NCBI GenBank assembly: GCA_049518535.1
Contig: JBEKRS010000019.1
Span: forward strand, 12,033 to 76,032
Origin: Terracidiphilus sp.
Lineage (GTDB): Bacteria; Acidobacteriota; Terriglobia; Terriglobales; Acidobacteriaceae
Length of the DNA: 64,000 nucleotides
Reading direction: 5' to 3'
The notes under the pieces were generated by a model. The model did no database searches, was not told where the DNA came from, and saw only the letters and a program-made list of their open reading frames with translations. Position numbers and translations under genes: made by a program. Of this stretch, positions 21,971 through 30,550 are shown piece by piece (position 1 is the first letter of the stretch; the number at the start of each line of letters is the position of its first letter).

Positions 21971-22471
21971 ATGAGCCTGACTCCGGCCCCGTGCCTTATT
22001 CTCGCCTGCGGTAACACACTGCGCGGAGACGACGGTGTCGGGCCGTGGCTCGCTGAGTGGGCAGAAAACAGGTTTCGCTCGGAAGCCGACGTTCGTGTGC
22101 TGTCAGCGCAGCAGTGGACTCCCGAACTGGCCGAAGATGTAGCACGCGCCCAGTCCGTTCTCTTTATCGATTGTTCCGTCGATTCCCCGCCAGGATTAGT
22201 CACGCTGACATCCATCGAGCCAGCCGCCGGTGCTCAAGGACTGGCGACCCATCACCAGGGTGCTGCTGAACTGCTCGCTCTGGGCCGCGAACTTTATGCT
22301 TCCCTGCCTCGTACTGCGCAACTGTTGACTATCGGCGCAGGTTCTACGGAGTTAGGAGAAGTCTTCAGCGACGCCGTGACCGTAGGACTTCCGGGTGCTT
22401 GCCTGCTAATCGAAGAAACCGTTCTGAGCTACGTCAGCATTTGCAAGTCGAGCGGATCTTCGAGCAGATAG
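21971..22471 (+). CDS. hoxW: Hydrogenase maturation endopeptidase
   Basis: CGNTLRGDDGVG, THH; follows hoxH. Confidence 0.85.
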   Translation: MSLTPAPCLILACGNTLRGDDGVGPWLAEWAENRFRSEADVRVLSAQQWTPELAEDVARAQSVLFIDCSVDSPPGLVTLTSIEPAAGAQGLATHHQGAAELLALGRELYASLPRTAQLLTIGAGSTELGEVFSDAVTVGLPGACLLIEETVLSYVSICKSSGSSSR

Positions 22472-23724
22472 TCTTTGCCACGGATGTGCTCCAGAGCGCG
22501 TTTGAGCGCCGAGGACTTACACGGCTCGACGGTAACCACGAAGGGCAGCGCATGCTGTGGATAGCCCGGCTTCTGCACGATGGCGCGAATGTTGATACGC
22601 TCTTTGGCCAACGCACCGGTAATCTCGGCAACGATTCCCGGCCGGTCGTCGACCAAAAAGCGGATGTAATGCGGAACCTCGAACTCGGCGCTCACCTGTG
22701 CCGGCTTTGACGGAATCTTCACCCGACGCGATCCGTGCGCCAGAGCCAGCAGGTCGCTGACCACGGCCACTGCCGTCGGATTCCCGCCAGCTCCATGGCC
22801 TGAAAACACGACATCTCCACCATAAAGGCCAGTGAGGATCACCATATTTTCCGTGCTCCGCGACCAAGCGAGCGGCGAACGCAGCGCCACCAACGTCGGT
22901 CCCACTGAAGCCGCAATGTGCCCGTTCGCGCGGTCGGCCCGCGCAATCTGGCGAATTGTGCAGCCCAGGTCACGAGCATAACTGAAGTCCACGGCGGTAA
23001 TCGGCGTAATCGGCTGGGGAACAATCTCCTCCGGGTCAACGGCAACGCGCAGCGCCAGACGCATCAGAATTGCCAGCTTGGCGCGCGCATCAAAGCCGCC
23101 TACATCTTCTGTGGGATCGGCCTCGGCATAGCCCTTGGCTTGCGCCTCGGCCAACACTGAGGCATACTCCGCACCGTCCTCCATCTTGCTCAGGATGAAG
23201 TTACAGGTTCCATTCAAAATGCCTTCAATGCGCTCGATGCGATCCCCAGCCATTCCCTGTTCGATGGCCGGAATCACCGGAATTCCGCCTGCCACGGCAG
23301 CGCCGAACTTCAGGTGCCCGCCATTGGCCGCGGCAAGCTGCTCCAGTTCCGCGCCGTGGATTGAGATCAGCTTCTTGTTGGCCGTCACTACGCTCTTGCC
23401 AGACTCCAGCGCGCGCCGCACCCATCCACCAGCGGGATCGAGTCCGCCAGCCAGTTCCACCACCACGTCCACATCCGAGGCCAGTACCGTGTCGGCATCC
23501 TCGCTCCACACCACGCTCGCGGGAACCCAATCAGCGCGCCGGCGGGCCACGCTGCGCACGTAGACCTGGGTTAATTCGATGCCCGCGGGCTTGGACTCGA
23601 CCAGAATCCGCGCCACCGAACTAGCTACCGTTCCAAAACCAAAAAGAGCGATGCGCAATGGGTGCTGAATGCGGGATTCGCTAGCTGGCAAATCTCGTTG
23701 CTCAGAGAAATTCGGTTTGGACAC
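22429..23724 (-). CDS. hom: Homoserine dehydrogenase with ACT domain
   Basis: GFGTVA, VTANK, GILNGTCNF, GYAEADP, GHGAGG, DDRPG ACT; SD GAGG before GTG. Confidence 0.95.
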   Translation of the reverse strand: MSKPNFSEQRDLPASESRIQHPLRIALFGFGTVASSVARILVESKPAGIELTQVYVRSVARRRADWVPASVVWSEDADTVLASDVDVVVELAGGLDPAGGWVRRALESGKSVVTANKKLISIHGAELEQLAAANGGHLKFGAAVAGGIPVIPAIEQGMAGDRIERIEGILNGTCNFILSKMEDGAEYASVLAEAQAKGYAEADPTEDVGGFDARAKLAILMRLALRVAVDPEEIVPQPITPITAVDFSYARDLGCTIRQIARADRANGHIAASVGPTLVALRSPLAWSRSTENMVILTGLYGGDVVFSGHGAGGNPTAVAVVSDLLALAHGSRRVKIPSKPAQVSAEFEVPHYIRFLVDDRPGIVAEITGALAKERINIRAIVQKPGYPQHALPFVVTVEPCKSSALKRALEHIRGKDYLLEDPLDLQMLT

Positions 23725-24140
23725 AGTTATTTCCTCTTATGAGTCGGGATGAAATCTCAGTAACTCGATGATACCTGATTGCATCCTGTCTGAACTTTGC
23801 AGCGAAGCGCCGGACCAGTAAGACTTGGGCAACTATAAAGATGACTCGGCTGAGAAGAGGAGAAACCGAGCCAAACAGAAACGCGGTTATGGCGCAAGTT
23901 ATCCAGTTACAACTAAATCTTTATATTTCAATAATCTAAGTATTCACGGTTTTTATACTGGACAACTCGAACTTTTTGGCGATAGTATCTCTCGCAATGC
24001 GATAGTCGAGCTATTCCCCCCTTGGGATATGCCTTGACAGTTCGTCAACAACATCCTTCCAACGATGAGACGTTATGAATGATTCTTTCTGGAGTCACAG
24101 ATGACGTCCATGGAAGGCTCACCGCAAAAGAGGAGAACCC

Positions 24141-26009
24141 ATGACCCCCACATTGGTCTCGCGTCTTCGCGGCAAGGCTCTAACAGCCGTTGCCGCGTTC
24201 GCCCTGGTGCAAGTCCACAGCCTTGCCCAGACAACGTTTACACCCCCAGCAGTAGCACCCGTTGCAAATCCTTGCCCTCGATTTGCCGCTGGCAGTCCGG
24301 TGCTGAATCCCGCCGCGCTGTTCAGCTCGAACGGAATTCTCGCCGTCAACTTTTCCTATCAAACAACGACCGACGACGAAGGCCGCACACTGTTTTGCTT
24401 CATGACACCCAGCGGCCTTGAGAATCCGACCTTGCATGTTAATCCCGGCGACCGCCTGGTTATCACGGTGACCAACAACACTCCAGCAGGAACAAACCCC
24501 ATGGAATTGAACGCGCCCAACTGCGGCGCTACAACTATGGACTCTTCCTCTGTCAATATTCACTACCACGGCACCAACACCTCACCCACATGCGGATCAG
24601 ATGAAGTCATCAAGACCGTTATCAACACTGGCCAAACCTTCCAGTACAACGTAGCCTTCCCTTCCAATGAGCCTCCGGGGCTTTACTGGTACCATCCTCA
24701 CATTCACGGCATTGCTGAGGCCGCCGTACTTGGGGGCGCATCCGGAGCCATCGTGGTGGACGGAATTCAGAATGTTCAGACGGCGGTGGCGGGACTTCGC
24801 CAACAGGTTCTGGTCCTTCGCGATCAGCCTCAACTTAATGGCCTGACGGAAGGGCCGGGGGGTTGCGTCAATGGCGTTCCGTTCCAGGACATAACCGTAA
24901 ACAATGTGCCGATCAATTCGTTTCAGGCCTCGAACGGTGTGGTCACCTTCACCCCTGCCGTTCTCAATGTGAAACCAGGGGAAAAGCAGTTCTGGCGCGT
25001 GACCAACTCATCCGCAGATACCATCATGGATCTGCAAGTGCAATACAACGGAGTAGCGCAGACCTTAGAGTTAGTGGGTATTGACGGGGTTCCAGTGAAC
25101 TCTCAGGACGGCACCACGACGCCAAGCCTGATTCCGATAACTCACTTCCGGTTACCGCCGGCAGCGCGCGTGGAGTTCATCGTGACTACGCCCACTGCCA
25201 GCGTCAAGACGGCACAATTCGTTACCACCGCAATCGCCACCGGCGTGAACGGTGATTGCGATCCCACCCGGCCGATCTTCAACATAGCCTTGGGCGGCGA
25301 TAACTCAACCTCCGACCCCACTGCGGATGTTGCCGCTGCTCCCTCCTCGGATGCTACGGTTGCTCCCTCTTCGGTAGTCAGATCGGCTGTGCAACGCTTC
25401 GCGGGCCTGGCAACCGCTCCCATAGCGCAAACACGCTTGTTGTATTTCTCCGAAAACTCGGACCAGACTCAGTTTTTTATGACCGTGTCCCCACAGACAC
25501 CTGCGCCCTTCAACCCCAATGCCCCTCCGGCCATTCAAGCCACCCAGGGAACAGTGGAGCAGTGGACAGTACAGAACCGTGCACAGGAGAACCACGAATT
25601 CCACCTCCACCAGGTTCACTTCCTGGTGCAGTCGCAAAACAACTTCGCAATCAACAACAACGCGCCGCAGTCTCCGGCTGATACCGGCCAGTATCTGGAT
25701 ATGATCGAAGTGCCGGCATGGGACGGTAACCCCGCTCACCCGTATCCCAGCGTCACGCTCCTGGTTGACTTCCGGGGACAGGACATTGGGAGCTTTGTCT
25801 TCCACTGCCACATCCTTGGCCATGAAGACCTGGGCATGATGAACATCATCCAGGTCGTGCCTGCGCCAGCCGCATGGAACAAGAGCCAATCCCCATCTCC
25901 GGCAGTTGCCGCCAACACAGATGCAGCTCCGGCCAAAATGCCCGTTTCAACTATGTCCATGCCGATGCCGGCTGCGGTTTCCACAAAGCTAGGCGGCGGG
26001 GGACAGTAA
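24141..26009 (+). CDS. Secreted multicopper oxidase (laccase-like)
   Basis: All four Cu motifs: HYHG, WYHPH, HEFHLH, HCHILGHEDLGM; SD AGGAG. Confidence 0.93.
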   Translation: MTPTLVSRLRGKALTAVAAFALVQVHSLAQTTFTPPAVAPVANPCPRFAAGSPVLNPAALFSSNGILAVNFSYQTTTDDEGRTLFCFMTPSGLENPTLHVNPGDRLVITVTNNTPAGTNPMELNAPNCGATTMDSSSVNIHYHGTNTSPTCGSDEVIKTVINTGQTFQYNVAFPSNEPPGLYWYHPHIHGIAEAAVLGGASGAIVVDGIQNVQTAVAGLRQQVLVLRDQPQLNGLTEGPGGCVNGVPFQDITVNNVPINSFQASNGVVTFTPAVLNVKPGEKQFWRVTNSSADTIMDLQVQYNGVAQTLELVGIDGVPVNSQDGTTTPSLIPITHFRLPPAARVEFIVTTPTASVKTAQFVTTAIATGVNGDCDPTRPIFNIALGGDNSTSDPTADVAAAPSSDATVAPSSVVRSAVQRFAGLATAPIAQTRLLYFSENSDQTQFFMTVSPQTPAPFNPNAPPAIQATQGTVEQWTVQNRAQENHEFHLHQVHFLVQSQNNFAINNNAPQSPADTGQYLDMIEVPAWDGNPAHPYPSVTLLVDFRGQDIGSFVFHCHILGHEDLGMMNIIQVVPAPAAWNKSQSPSPAVAANTDAAPAKMPVSTMSMPMPAAVSTKLGGGGQ

Positions 26010-26199
26010 CAAGCCAAAACCTGACAAGTTGACCTTGAGTTAGATGTGAGTTACCTTCAATCCAAGAGAGGGCAACATCAAGGTCAAGCTTGCCTCTGAA
26101 TGCTACCGTTGAACACGGTTCATTACTGCGGGCGGCAAACACAATCTTGATACATTTGCGGCCCGCACCCTCCTAACTTACGCGTTGGATAAGTTGCAG

Positions 26200-26601
26200 A
26201 TGAAGCGCTGGCTTTCCATCCTGCTGATCCTGCTCTTCTGGCTCGGGCCGCTTGCGGCGAATCTCCCAGCCAGTCAGGAGTCGCGTCTGCCTGCGTGTTG
26301 CCGCCGCAATGGAGCTCACCACTGCACCGGCTCAACGTCGATAGCCTCCGGCATGGCCGTCCCGATGGACGAGGCCGCATCTAACTCAACTCCCGTCATC
26401 GCAGCACCAACGCACTGCCCGCTGTTCCCGGACTACACAGCCATACCCACGAAGGCGGGTCATGCGCTCACCGCCTCTGAGGTCGGTCCCCCGGTCCTGC
26501 TTGAGCAACATCACTCTCCCGCCACTGGCCGCGCCGCTGCCCGCCTCAGCCAAATCCGCGCCCACGCCGGTCGCGCACCTCCTGCCTCATCCCTCGCATA
26601 A
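26200..26601 (+). CDS. DUF2946/CruR-like leader protein with C-terminal RAPP motif
   Basis: N-terminal hydrophobic helix, CCRRNGAHHC, THCP, RAPP at 26572-26583 five codons before stop; directly upstream of a TonB-dependent receptor. Confidence 0.75.
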   Translation: MKRWLSILLILLFWLGPLAANLPASQESRLPACCRRNGAHHCTGSTSIASGMAVPMDEAASNSTPVIAAPTHCPLFPDYTAIPTKAGHALTASEVGPPVLLEQHHSPATGRAAARLSQIRAHAGRAPPASSLA

Positions 26602-26709
26602 AAACTCCGTTCAACCCTTTGCCTTTCTGTCAAAAGGCGAGACATCCGCCCGATTCCCCACCGAGCTGACCGCCCATGGGCCGGATCGCTCCCGGAGGTT
26701 CATACTCTT

Positions 26710-29034
26710 ATGCGCCACCTCTATCCCCCAGCTGCAATGCTTCTGCTCGCCATCGCTTCTATCCCCGCGCTGGCCACCGTCTTTGCCACTGTACGCGGCG
26801 TGGTTCACGATCCCCAACACCGCCCAATCGCTGGCGCAGCCGTCACCCTGCAAGCCGCCGATTCCGATTTCATTCTGCACGCGAAAACAAGCTCTGTGGG
26901 AGAGTTCGAACTGCCGCAAGCTCCCCTCGGCGTCTATCGCCTGACCGTCGCTGCTCCCGGCTTTGAGACCATTGAACAACCGCTCACTCTGGCTTCGGGA
27001 ACCAACGCCGTACTCCACATCGCCCTGCTGGTTGCCCGGCCAACCCAGACCGTCGTCGTCCAGGGGTTGGAGTCTTCCCCCTCCGCCACCGATTCCGTAA
27101 CTCCCACCACTCTGATCACCCGAGACATGATCGACGAAACTCCTGGCGCAGACCGCACCGTCGGCATGGAGATGATCACCGACTACGTCCCTGGCGCTTA
27201 CATGACTCACGACATGCTGCACATGCGCGGCGGCCACCAGACGGGCTGGCTAATTGACGGCATCGCAATTCCCAACACCAAGATTGCCTCGAACGTCGGC
27301 CCGCAGATCGATCCCAAGGACATCGATGCGGTCGAAACCCAGCGCGGCAGCTATGCCTCCGATGTGGGCGACCGCACATACGGCGTCTTCGATGTGCTGC
27401 CCCGCAATGGCTTCGAGCGCAACCGCCAAGGCGAGTTTCTGCTCACCGGCGGCAACCTCGGGACCGGCGAAGCGCAACTCTCTTTTGGCGACCACTCCGA
27501 AAAAACCGCATGGTACGCAAGCCTTGCCGGCAACCGCTCGAATTATGGACTGGCCACGCCGGTCACCACGATTTACCATGACGCAACCAATTCTCAGAGC
27601 GGCTTGGTCAACGTGATTCGCAACCAAACGCCCAGGGACCAATTACGTATGGACGCACAATACCGCGAGGACTATTTCGACGTACCCTACGATCCCAACC
27701 CCAACGACTACGAATGCACCTCTGACTACTACTGTTCCTATGGCCTGCGCGATGCACAAATCGAGCGCGACAGCTTTGTCATTGCCAATTGGGTGCATAC
27801 TATCTCGCCCAAAGCGCTGTTTTCCTTGGCGCCTTTCTATCACTTGAATCAGGCCTATCTGGATTCGCTGCCCAACGACCTTCCTGTCGCCAGCACATGG
27901 CACCAAACCTCGAACTACATTGGTGGGCAGGCCGATGGACATCTGGACGCGGGGCGGAATAACTTCTCAGCTGGCACTTACACCTTTTATCAGTTCGAGA
28001 GCGACCTCTACGGCGTGATCGTCAACGACGGTAGCGCACCATCTGAACCCAATCAGTCGGCCAGCGGCACCGCGGGCCTGGTCGAGTTTTATCTCTCCGA
28101 TCACTTGCGCGTGAACCGTTACATCACCCTGCTCGGAGGCGAGAGGTTCTCGTTCTATCACGGCGGTTATAACGAGAGTGGGATCTATCCACGCATCGGC
28201 GCAACCGTCGAAATTCCCCGCCTGCACTGGGTTCTGCGCGGCTTTTACGGACACTTCTTCCAACCAGCGCCCCTCATCACAGTCTCCAGCTCCGCTCTCA
28301 ACTACGCCAGCACTTTGCCGAATACCTCCGAGAACTCCTTTACCCCCCTACCTTCGGAGCGCGACGAAGAACATCAGTTCGGCATTCAAATTCCGTACAA
28401 GGGATGGTTCCTGGACGTGGACACCGTCAAGAATCGCGTGAACAACTTCCTCGATCACTCCAACCTTGGCGAATCCAGCATGTACTTCCCCATTGCCGTT
28501 AATGGAGCACTGATCCGCGCCTGGGAGATGACCTTGCGCTCGCCGCAACTGGCCCACCTCGGCCAATTTCATCTCACATATTCCAACCAGATCGCTCAGC
28601 AGCGCGGCGATATCATCGGCGGCTTCACCTGCAACAACGGAAATCCCAACAATCCCATAAGCGGCACGGCTTGCGATCTGGGCCCCAACTACATCGCGCT
28701 CGACCACGACCAGCGCGACACGCTGAACACAGGCTTCACGGCAAATCTGCCGCTACGCACGTGGTTCTCGTCTAATGTCTACTACGGCTCCGGTTTTTCG
28801 AATGGACTGGCGGCGCAAAACGAAGGGCCGTACAATGGTCCCTATCTGCCCGTGCATACCACCTTCGACGTTGCGGCAGGCCACCCCATCGGCGAGAACT
28901 GGAAGCTCTCCGGCACAGTCATCAACGTCACCAACCATCGCGTGCTTCAGGACAACTCGGTCACCATCGGCGGCTTCCACTTCAACGATCCGCGTATGTT
29001 CCAAGCTGAGCTGCGCTACCGCTTCCACTTCTGA
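26710..29034 (+). CDS. TonB-dependent receptor with N-terminal carboxypeptidase-regulatory-like domain
   Basis: Signal peptide, VRGVVHDP, plug-like GAYMTHDMLHMRGG/LIDG, C-terminal aromatic beta strand ending ELRYRFHF; SD GGAGG. Confidence 0.93.
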   Translation: MRHLYPPAAMLLLAIASIPALATVFATVRGVVHDPQHRPIAGAAVTLQAADSDFILHAKTSSVGEFELPQAPLGVYRLTVAAPGFETIEQPLTLASGTNAVLHIALLVARPTQTVVVQGLESSPSATDSVTPTTLITRDMIDETPGADRTVGMEMITDYVPGAYMTHDMLHMRGGHQTGWLIDGIAIPNTKIASNVGPQIDPKDIDAVETQRGSYASDVGDRTYGVFDVLPRNGFERNRQGEFLLTGGNLGTGEAQLSFGDHSEKTAWYASLAGNRSNYGLATPVTTIYHDATNSQSGLVNVIRNQTPRDQLRMDAQYREDYFDVPYDPNPNDYECTSDYYCSYGLRDAQIERDSFVIANWVHTISPKALFSLAPFYHLNQAYLDSLPNDLPVASTWHQTSNYIGGQADGHLDAGRNNFSAGTYTFYQFESDLYGVIVNDGSAPSEPNQSASGTAGLVEFYLSDHLRVNRYITLLGGERFSFYHGGYNESGIYPRIGATVEIPRLHWVLRGFYGHFFQPAPLITVSSSALNYASTLPNTSENSFTPLPSERDEEHQFGIQIPYKGWFLDVDTVKNRVNNFLDHSNLGESSMYFPIAVNGALIRAWEMTLRSPQLAHLGQFHLTYSNQIAQQRGDIIGGFTCNNGNPNNPISGTACDLGPNYIALDHDQRDTLNTGFTANLPLRTWFSSNVYYGSGFSNGLAAQNEGPYNGPYLPVHTTFDVAAGHPIGENWKLSGTVINVTNHRVLQDNSVTIGGFHFNDPRMFQAELRYRFHF

Positions 29035-29092
29035 GCAAATTCCGGCCGTGGATTTGCAGATTATTTTCTCTGCTGGGATATTATGAGAATCC

Positions 29093-29494
29093 ATGGCTGG
29101 AATATTCGACAAACTCAACCTCAAAGATCGGCAAGAGATCGTCGTTCTGCACGCGCCCGAGAGCTTTGCGACGGAGCTTGCACATCTTCATGTGCTCACC
29201 ATTCATCACCACATTGAATCGGTTACTCAGATCGGGTTCCTTCTCGCATTTGTTACGCGGAAGAGCGAGGTGGAGGCACTTGCCAGCGCGGTAGCCGCAC
29301 GCGCCAAAGGCGATGCAATCGTGTGGTTCGCCTATCCCAAGGGCATATCGAAGAAGCTCACGTGCGATTTCAATCGCGACACCGGCTGGGATGCCCTCAA
29401 AGCGGCGGGGTTCGACACCGTGCGCGCCGTGGCCATCGACGAGGATTGGACCGCGTTGCGCTTCCGGCGCGTGGAGTACATCAAGTCGCGTTAG
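29093..29494 (+). CDS. Conserved hypothetical protein (DUF3052-like)
   Basis: VWFAYPKG, DFNRD, AIDEDWTALRFR. Confidence 0.7.
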   Translation: MAGIFDKLNLKDRQEIVVLHAPESFATELAHLHVLTIHHHIESVTQIGFLLAFVTRKSEVEALASAVAARAKGDAIVWFAYPKGISKKLTCDFNRDTGWDALKAAGFDTVRAVAIDEDWTALRFRRVEYIKSR

Positions 29495-29567
29495 CAAAGA
29501 TCGCAGAGAGTCGATTGAAGCAACACAACCTGCCCATTGCGGCCGCACATAAAAAGGAGAAATACAA

Positions 29568-29744
29568 ATGCAGACCACCCCCGACACATTACGCCCCGCG
29601 CAGGCCGAAGTTCATCGCACTGCGCATAATCAGGATTTGACCGAAGTTCCCAAGCGCGCCATGCTCGACCGCCGAGCCGAACAACTCAAGGACCAGCAAT
29701 CGGCTTCAGTCCCCGAGCCGGTTTCAGATCCAGTGGAAGAATAG
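29568..29744 (+). CDS. Small 58-aa protein not in the ORF track
   Basis: AAAAAGGAG SD before ATG; MQTTPDTLRPAQAEV...DPVEE*. Confidence 0.55.
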   Translation: MQTTPDTLRPAQAEVHRTAHNQDLTEVPKRAMLDRRAEQLKDQQSASVPEPVSDPVEE

Positions 29745-29803
29745 ACTTGCGCTGAGCGGGGTGGCGCACCGAGTTACCAGGTGCGTCAACCGCGCTCAAT
29801 GCA

Positions 29804-30532
29804 CTAACTCCGCTCCATTTGAAACAAACCCGGCAACACTTCCCCTGCCTTGCCCTCGACCACATGCGTAAAGGCCACGGCGTTCAGCGGTGGCTCTGGT
29901 CCCACGTAGACCGTGCGCGCACCGCCCTGGCGCGCCCAATGGACGAAGTTAGCTGCCGGATAGACCGAGCCCGAAGTGCCGACGACCAGCATCAGCGTTG
30001 CTTTTTCGATCTCTTGCTGAATACGTTCCATCTCCAGCGGAATCTCACCGAAGAAAACAATGTGCGGGCGAAGAAGCCCACCGCAGGCACAGCGGCCCAC
30101 TTCCGCCAGGCTGCCATAGATGGCGCGATCCTCCACCGGCGCGTGGCCGCATTCATTCTCGCAGTGAGCCTTGGCCAGTTCGCCGTGCATGTGGACCAGC
30201 CTGATGGAGCCAGCCCGCTCATGCAGGTCGTCCACATTCTGCGTGCAGAGAAAGAAGCGGGAACCGAGCTGCTGCTCCAGTTCGGCGAGTGCAACGTGTG
30301 CCGGATTCGGCTTGGCCTTAGCGCCTGCCGCACGCCTAGCTGAGTAAAACTCCCACACCAGCGCTGGATTTCTTTGCCACGCTTCCGGCGTACATACATC
30401 CTCGACCCGATGGCCAGCCCACAGTCCGTCCTCGGCGCGGAAGGTGGGCAAGCCGCTCTCCGCGCTGATGCCCGCTCCAGTCAGTACGAAGACCCGGTCA
30501 TCGGGTTTGATGAGAATCTTACTCATGATCAT
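29804..30532 (-). CDS. cobB: NAD-dependent protein deacylase (sirtuin)
   Basis: GAGISAESG, TQNVDDLH, HMHG, Zn cysteines, GTSG. Confidence 0.93.
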   Translation of the reverse strand: MIMSKILIKPDDRVFVLTGAGISAESGLPTFRAEDGLWAGHRVEDVCTPEAWQRNPALVWEFYSARRAAGAKAKPNPAHVALAELEQQLGSRFFLCTQNVDDLHERAGSIRLVHMHGELAKAHCENECGHAPVEDRAIYGSLAEVGRCACGGLLRPHIVFFGEIPLEMERIQQEIEKATLMLVVGTSGSVYPAANFVHWARQGGARTVYVGPEPPLNAVAFTHVVEGKAGEVLPGLFQMERS

Positions 30533-30550
30533 CTTCCGAGAGCCACTGAT

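Noticed and set aside
23730-23900. Riboswitch or attenuator upstream of hom
   Set aside because: Only a 7-bp stem (23843-23872) and a 5-bp alternative pairing; no SAM, lysine or T-box consensus and no Thr/Met-rich leader. An Rfam scan would settle it.
29804-30532. Sirtuin as a defence-associated SIR2 (Thoeris type I ThsA or DSR)
   Set aside because: Ordinary single-domain CobB with Zn cysteines, host-like codon usage, in an operon with qor, 32 kb from the TIR gene.
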